In this document: positions 56,983 to 64,000 of the stretch, one piece after another
Numbering within the stretch: position 1 is the stretch's first letter
How the letters are laid out: each line of letters begins with the position of its first letter
DNA from: Peribolospora baueri
Lineage: Eukaryota
DNA: 64,000 nt
NCBI GenBank assembly: GCA_029717555.1
Contig: JAMDHS010000006.1
Coordinates: forward strand, 124,001-188,000
Direction: 5' to 3'
The notes under the pieces: generated by a model
What the model saw: the letters and a program-made list of their open reading frames with translations, nothing else
The model's database searches: none
What the model was told of the DNA's origin: nothing
Translations under genes and position numbers: made by a program

Positions 56983-57246
56983 GTTGCGACGGGAGAGTGG
57001 TTGTCGTCCAGGCCGAGTTCTAGTGGTAGCTGGGACACAACATCGAAGCTGGATCTCAGCGGACGGAGCCACGTGCTGCGGCAAGGAGGCGACGCCAGCC
57101 CAGCCCGACCGCATCGCCTGATCATCAACCACAACCAACAACCTCTCCGACTCTTCCATCACATCCCTTTCACACTTTCCTTTGTCTTTTCTTCAATATT
57201 GCCTCTGGAGGCCGAGGAAGAATTATCTTCAAGAGAACCGCCCGAC

Positions 57247-60200
57247 ATGGGTGAAGAAAGCCTTCTCCGTGAGTGACAGAGAGAGTCTTTTCCTTCTGCT
57301 CGCAACGGACACCATAGCCTGCTGCCGGTTGTTGCTCGGCTATTCCGGCGATCACTGAATGACTCGAGGTCACATTTTGTTTGTCTTGCTATACAGGCTC
57401 CGCGGAGATGTCGCTCATCCAGCTGTATATTCCTTCCGAGGTCGCACATGACACGGTGAATGAGCTGGGCGAGCTGGGGAAGGTCCAGTTCAGGGACGTG
57501 AGTGTCGCACGGTTTCTCTTTCGATGCTCCTGCAATCTGTGAATTGTTCTATACGATCTGATATTTATTCACGGCGTCAATGTTTTTCTCACTTCAGCTC
57601 AACCCTGACGTCAACCCTTTCCAAAGATCCTTTGTCTCCGACATCCGCCGCCTTGACGAGATGGATCGTCGGGTGCGTTTCCTATATGCCCAGATGGAGA
57701 AGGAGCACATCCCTGTCAGGCCCTTGTCGGACACCGCCCCTCCCTTCTTCGACGGCCGTCGTGGTCCGGCCGTGGTGGATGAACTGGACGTTAAGCTCAA
57801 GGAGCACGAAGAGCGCATTGGCCAGATGAACGCCAGCTACGAGACGCTGCAGAAGAGGCTCGTCGAGCTCGAGGAGGCTAGGCATGTGCTGCGTGAGACG
57901 GCTGTCTTTTTCCAGCAGGTGAGTGGCAGGTGCACTGCGTTGTTAGTCATGAGAGAATATCTTTCGTTTTCTCGTTGACCCTTTGGACTGTACTTTGCGT
58001 CGGTAGGCTCAAGGGCATCACGAACATATCCGCACGTCCTTCGACGACCACGCCCCTCTTCTGGAGAGTGATGTTGAGCGCGCGGCGTTTGCCGATCGTA
58101 CCCAGGGTGAAGGAGGCTATGGAACGTTCGATCTTGAGTAAGTTCTAAATGCTTGAACTCGCACTGTGTATATGAGGCAACTTAGTCTTACCTTCCTATA
58201 CGACTACAGGTTCGTCGCCGGCACCATCGATCGCGTACGCATGCCCACGTTCGAGCGCATCCTGTGGCGTGTTCTGCGCGGCAACTTGTACATGAACTAC
58301 GCAGAGCTCGACACGCCCTTCAACGATCCCTCTTCCGACGAGCCGGTATACAAGAACGTGTTTATCATCTTCGCTCACGGAGCCGAGTTGCTTGCTAAGA
58401 TCCGCAAGATTTCCGAGAGCATGGGCGGCACGCTCTACCCTATCGACGCGAACGAAGACAAGCGCCAGGACGCATTGCGCGAGGTGACCAACCGCATTGA
58501 GGACCTAAACTCTGTGCTCTATTCCACCAGCACCACCAGGAAGACGGAGCTGGTCAAAGTCGCTGAGAGTCTGAGCGCTTGGGCCACCCTCGTGAGGAAG
58601 GAGAAACTCATTTACCACACCCTCAACCTCTTCAATTATGACGCACGGAGGAAGACCCTCATTGCCGAAGGCTGGACGCCCACGGGTGACATCGGCAAGG
58701 TCCAGGCGGCTCTGCGTAAGGCGACGGTAAGTCGCGTAAAGTTGGCGCCCTTGTCTCGATGACAACCAGCTGACTTCTCTCGTCATTGCGCTCTCTAGTA
58801 CTCTGCTGGGATCTCAGTGCCGACAGTCCTTCAAGAGCTGCATACGAACAAGCAGCCGCCGACGTATCAACGCACCAACAAGTTCACCGAGGGATTCCAG
58901 GCGATCATCGACGCCTATGGAATTGCCACGTACCAGGAGATCAATCCTGGTTTGTTCACCGTCATCACATTCCCCTTCCTTTTCGCCGTCATGTTTGGCG
59001 ATATCGGCCACGGCTTCCTCATGTTCATGACGGCGGCTGCAATGGTCCTCTGGGAGAAGAAGCTCGCCAAGGCGGGGCTGGGCGAGATCTTCGATATGTT
59101 TTTCTACGGCCGATATATCATCCTGCTCATGGGCGCCTTCTCCATCTTCACTGGCTTCATGTACAACGACATTTTCTCCAAGTCGATGCATATCTGGCAT
59201 TCCGGCTGGACTTGGCCTCAGCACAACGGCACCGTCGACGCGATCCCCAACGGTCACATTTACCCGTTCGGTCTCGATCCAGCTTGGCACGGCGCGAGCA
59301 ACGCGCTCGTGTTCACGAACTCGTTGAAGATGAAGATGTCCATCATCCTCGGCGTCCTTCATGTGGGTTTACATAAATTCTAGTATGTTGCGACTTTCAG
59401 CTGACCGCCCTTTCTGACGTCGAACCATATCGGTCCCCTTTGGCAGATGTCCTTCGCCATTTTCCTTCAAGTGCCTAACTTCGTCCACTTCAAGAAGACC
59501 GTCTCCATCTACGCCGAGTTTCTTCCGCAGATCCTGTTCATGGAGAGCATCTTCGGCTACCTGGTTGTAACGATCATCTACAAATGGTCTGTCGACTGGT
59601 GGGCCGTCGACAAGGAGGGCAACCACATCCACAACTCGCCACCTGGACTGCTCAACATGCTCATCTACATGTTCCTGAGTCCCGGCACCGTGGAGGAGAA
59701 GGACCAGCTATATCCCGGTCAAGGCTTCGTGCAATCGGCGCTCCTCTTCCTGGCGCTTGTGTGCGTGCCTTGGATGCTCTTCCTCAAGCCGTACAAGATG
59801 TGGAAGGAGCACCAGAAGATTAAGGGGCAGGGGTACCAGTCCATTGCTGCTGTCGATCACTCGGGGGACCACGCCGATCGGCGCGAAGACGCTCTGTTCG
59901 AAACGGAGGACCCTGAGAACGGCACTGCCATGAGGGAGATGGACGAGGAACAGGAGCATGTGAGTGGGAGTACGGGCGCCTGGCGGTTTGCTTGTTTTCA
60001 AGGTCCGCCTTCTGCTCACCGGCATATCACGTCTTGTTTTCTTTTCTGGCTCGGTAACTAACTCTTAAAGGAATTCGAGCTGGGCGAAGTCTTGATTCAC
60101 CAAATCATCCACACTATTGAATTCTGCCTGGGCTGCATCTCCAACACGGCCTCCTACCTTCGTCTCTGGGCTCTCTCCCTTGCCCACGCCCAGCTCTCCG

Positions 60201-60677
60201 AGGTTCTCTGGGATATGACGCTGGCGGGCGCGTTTGGTACGACTGGTATCGTGGGAGTCATCTTCACCGTCATCATGTTTGCCATGTGGTTCACTTTGAC
60301 GATCTGTGTGCTTTGTCTAATGGAGGTGAGTATACACCCGCAGTGTGACGCCAGGCGCGATCGTTGACACGAAAGACTCACCTCTTGACTCGACTCTTCC
60401 CCGGTCTGTCAGGGTCTCTCCGCCTTCTTGCACGCCCTTCGACTACACTGGGTTGAGGCAAATGGCAAGCACTATATGGCGGGTGGCTACGTGAGTGGAC
60501 ATTCCATCCTGTCTCTCTTACCTGTGTTAGACTCGCGTCATTAGCCCGCCTACCCTTCCGTCCTTGTTATGCGACCACGGCATGGCCACTAACCTAGCCT
60601 ACTTCGTTCGTGACTCCTCTTTTTTTCTACAGGCCTTCCAACCACTCACATTCAAAGAAGAGAGCGCGGTTGAGTAG
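57247..60677 (+). CDS. VPH1: V-ATPase V0 subunit a
   Basis: [107 protein letters not shown]. Confidence 0.97.
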
Positions 60678-61375
60678 GTTTCGCATCACCGACTGGCCTC
60701 TGCTTTCATACGTTCGTTCTTTCCCCTCGTTTCTATATCTATATCATCGTTGTCCTCGCTCGAATAAATCTGTGCTCGGAATGTAAAAGAAGAGTTCCGT
60801 TCGCGGTGGTAAAAGTCGGTGCAAAAGTGAATTGCAAGGCTGGTCCCTCGTCGAGCGTCTTGGGAGGGCTGCTCAAAGCCTGTGTGGCCCATGCTGTGCT
60901 TGTTCATCAGCGGTATGGGGTTTGCGATCCCGGAAGAACACAAAGGGCATGCAAGCGCGAGGCAACAACGGCGAGACAAACGTTTTGTATGACAGTGCAT
61001 GGCACACGATGGCTCAAGCCCGCAGCCTGGCTTCATGTCTGATCGTACCGCCGTTTGTGGCAGCGGGAGTTGGTACGAGCAAGTGCACGTGGTCGATAGG
61101 TGCGTCGTCGGAACATGAAGGAACGCCGTGCTCTCCCGATGCCTTCCCATCTTTTCCCTCGCAGGATGGCAAAGGCTGCACAAGATGAACTGAGACGGAC
61201 TGGTGCTATAGTTGCCCCTTTCACCCCATCCTGTCCCTCTATCCATACAACCGCCACTCCCCTTTCCTCCACAGCTCCATTGCGCACCCCTTGTCCCCCC
61301 TTCAACTCACTCCAAACCCGATGGTCCAGCCAGCCCCACAAACGCGAGACCAAGGCTATCCAACTCGTGCCATTC

Positions 61376-61724
61376 TCATTCCCTAGCCGCATCAAGCCTC
61401 TCCCTGTTGCGCAAGATCTGCTCCTTCTTCTGTTGGATCAGCTCGTTCTGCCGGTCCTCGAGACCGTGGACGTAGTAGCCAATGGCACCAAAGGCAGTCA
61501 TCGCCAATGCGTGGCCACCGAGGTCTGACGACAACGAGAGGGAGCATAGACAATTGTAACAAAGACAAAAGTACCTGTTGAGGGGCGAGCAAAGAAAAAA
61601 GGAATGCAAGGCGAAGAGCGGCGGACTCACTGTCAAATATGTTCCTCTTTTGAAGACCGAGAGCGTAGCATCGGGTGAGGAAGCCGAGGCCGGCCCAGCC
61701 GAGGACGGAGGCGGCGAGGGCCAT
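61376..61724 (-). CDS. Complex I accessory subunit, NDUFC2/B14.5b (14 kDa)-like, 2 exons
   Basis: GWAGLGFLTRCYALGLQKRNIF|LGGHALAMTAFGAIGYYVHGLEDRQNELI. Confidence 0.8.
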
Positions 61725-62134
61725 GTTGACGGCAAGAGTCGATGACGAGAAGCAAGACTAAGGGCCTCGGTTGTGTACGAGGGGAGGTTTAGGCAGCAGA
61801 GAGCAGTGAATGGTGCCCGAGTCGAGCGAATAAGGCGGATCGGTCTCCAGAAGCTCCGACGATCCGAGTCCGGCGTTGCGTGCGCGAGGCTTGCGTGCCG
61901 AAGCCGGAACGAACTGCGGCACATTACCGCACGTGCCGATTGCTTCCCCATGCCTTGTAACAAGGATTATAGGGCCGATAAGAAAGCGGATGATTGTCAC
62001 GTGCCTCCGAGACTATGACGATGGGGCGCCCAACTCCTCGACCCAAGCAACCCACACGACCGCCAACCTCATCCGCCCCCTCCATCAGCCTTCGTCCCTT
62101 ATCTCCTCTTCTTCACGACACCCAGCACCCAACG

Positions 62135-63169
62135 ATGGTCCGCGTCACCGTCAAGAGCCTCCTACTGCTCTCCCTTATTTCCGCCGCCTCTGCCGCCTCT
62201 CTTCCCAGCGATGACGTTCCGTCCCAGTCCCTGCCTCAATTCGTAAACCAAGCCGGAGGCGCTGCCCTTCAGCACGGCGTTGTCGTCGTCCACGAGGACG
62301 AGCAGGCCGTGGCTGATAATGTAAACCTTCCACCGCCGAGGGGAGGTTGGAGCTTTACCGATTGTGGTGAGTTGTCGTTGTAAACGTCGCAGAGAAGGGG
62401 CAAGGAGGGACGGACGGGTGAGCGGGATAAGAGCTTGGGTCATTGTAGGAGTATCAGATTGTACTGGAACGAGTTGGAATGCGGTCAGCCTCTAAGCCCA
62501 TATCCGTCATCTCACTGAACACCGTCTTTGCCCTCGCGTTCCTCTTTCTTTATCCCCCCCCATCACAACAGGCGTGCCAACAGACGCAGTAACTGTCGAC
62601 TCCATCTCTGTCTCCCCAGACCCTCCGCAGCCAGGACAGAAACTGACCGTCACCGCCAAAGGCACCGTGCACGATCGTGTCTCTGAAGGCTCTTACGCCG
62701 ATGTCGTTGTCAAGCTCGGTCTGATCAAGTTGCTGCAGAAGAGGTTCGACGTCTGCGAGGAGGCGTGAGTGTCCGTTTTTGGACGGGGCGGTCTTTCCTC
62801 TTGAGGCAAGGCCGATCCAGCCATGCACAGTGGGTGGACGAGTGAGGCTGATGACTTTCTTACCTTCCTGTTTGTTCACACTGTTATAACACAGCGAAAA
62901 GGCCAACGCGACGATCCAGTGCCCCGTCGAGAAGGGCGATTACAAAGTGGTGCAAACCGTAGACTTGCCCAAGGAGATCCCGCGGGGTGGGTATCACGTC
63001 TTCTGATCACCTGGCATTGGTTTTGGCTGACGTGCTGCTTCCACGTTCCTGTTCCTGACGCCCCATTCTAGCCAAGTTCAATGTTCATGTCACGGGCAAG
63101 ACGCAGGACGACCAGGACCTGCTCTGCGCTGATATCTCCATCACCTTCCCCATGCATAACTTCTTCTGA
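62135..63169 (+). CDS. NPC2: ML-domain PG/PI transfer protein (NPC2 homolog)
   Basis: Signal peptide, WSFTDCG, SISVSPDPPQPGQKLTV, VKLGLIKLL...FDVCEE, QCPVEKG, LPKEIPR, DLLC. Confidence 0.92.
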
Positions 63170-63605
63170 TCTGCGCCTTTCTCAGACCTGATCCGCTGTG
63201 AGTAGAACATCCCCCGTCGTATTAGCAAGGGCTCCGACGACATGCGGAATAGCATGCATTCCGACGCGTGCGGCTGCCGTCTCTTCTGTCACCATGTCTT
63301 CCCTTGCCACTCGTCCGTCATTCCGTGTCGGATATCTCGACGCTCTCCCCACCGACCTCTCATATAGTGTACATCCTTTGTCCACCTGTAAGCTATACCT
63401 TTATTTTCCCTTCTTCACGAATCTAACGAGCACAGATCGCATAGAGGTTTAGGCAACGGCGGCGATAGCAGGGGTGCGAAGCGTGACGGCTGCCGAGAAG
63501 AAATTGGGCATTGTAGGATCGTCACCGAGGGCCCAGTCTCGGGACGAAATACGAGCGAGACTCCAAGAAAGAAACGAGGCAAAGGCAAAGGGCGTGATGA
63601 GATGC

Positions 63606-64000
63606 TCAAGTGCGGGGATTCTCCCGGCCGAAGATTTTGACGCCAGGCTGGATGCGAAAGGAGAAAGTGAATCGGTCAGCCTATCATTTCGTTTGAGAAG
63701 TCTCTGAAAGTATACCCCACCCCCCGCACCAAACCGTGGTGCGCTCACCTTGGTTGGGCAATAATCAGACACGCGGTTACAACCAGCGAGCCTAAGCACT
63801 TTTAGCCCATCGAGATTATCGAGGAGCTCACGGACGACGAAGTCATCTACCGCGCGACAGAAGCTTACGTCGAGCTCGCGGAGGCGCTTGCAGCTGGTCG
63901 CCAAGGACTTAATCGCCTCGTCGGTAAGATTGTCCACGCTGTGCAGGTTAAGCACCTCCAAGGTGCTCCCAGAGTGACCAACGAGAGCGCCCAGCGCCTC
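63606..64000 (-). CDS. 3' end of an LRR protein, Rad7-like (runs off the window end)
   Basis: GHSGSTLEVLNL, LRELDVSFCRAVDDF, LKVLRLAGCNRVS, last exon PGVKIFGRE. Confidence 0.7.

Overview
Gene-dense, intron-rich, GC-rich eukaryotic DNA with GTGAG/GTGCG donors, CTGAC branch points and ~60-160 nt introns, consistent with a basidiomycete fungus. About 22 genes can be assembled by eye. Most are housekeeping: CBR1, a Zn-dependent dehydrogenase, HEM13, SPC24, LYS1, beta-carbonic anhydrase, TSR1/RPF2, GLR1, a ferroportin-like transporter, ATG15, PEX12, LACTB2-like, ITFG1/LINKIN-like, VPH1, NDUFC2-like, NPC2 and RAD7-like. An accessory island at ~26.8-35.5 kb holds scrambled, inverted Ty3/gypsy debris, an orphan ORF, a Tse2-like ADP-ribosyltransferase-like ORF and an RBR E3 ligase. 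Highlights: (1) the Tse2-like toxin-fold ORF head-to-head with an orphan ORF; (2) LYS1 with an internal frameshifting deletion of its catalytic segment; (3) a probable non-AUG (AUU)-initiated mitochondrial GLR1 isoform; (4) a 430-bp near-perfect palindromic MITE with a 6-bp TSD; (5) a secreted SGNH/CE16 protein with an altered catalytic motif. All product calls come from motif recognition, not database searches. Exon boundaries were inferred manually and CDS coordinates are gene spans including introns.
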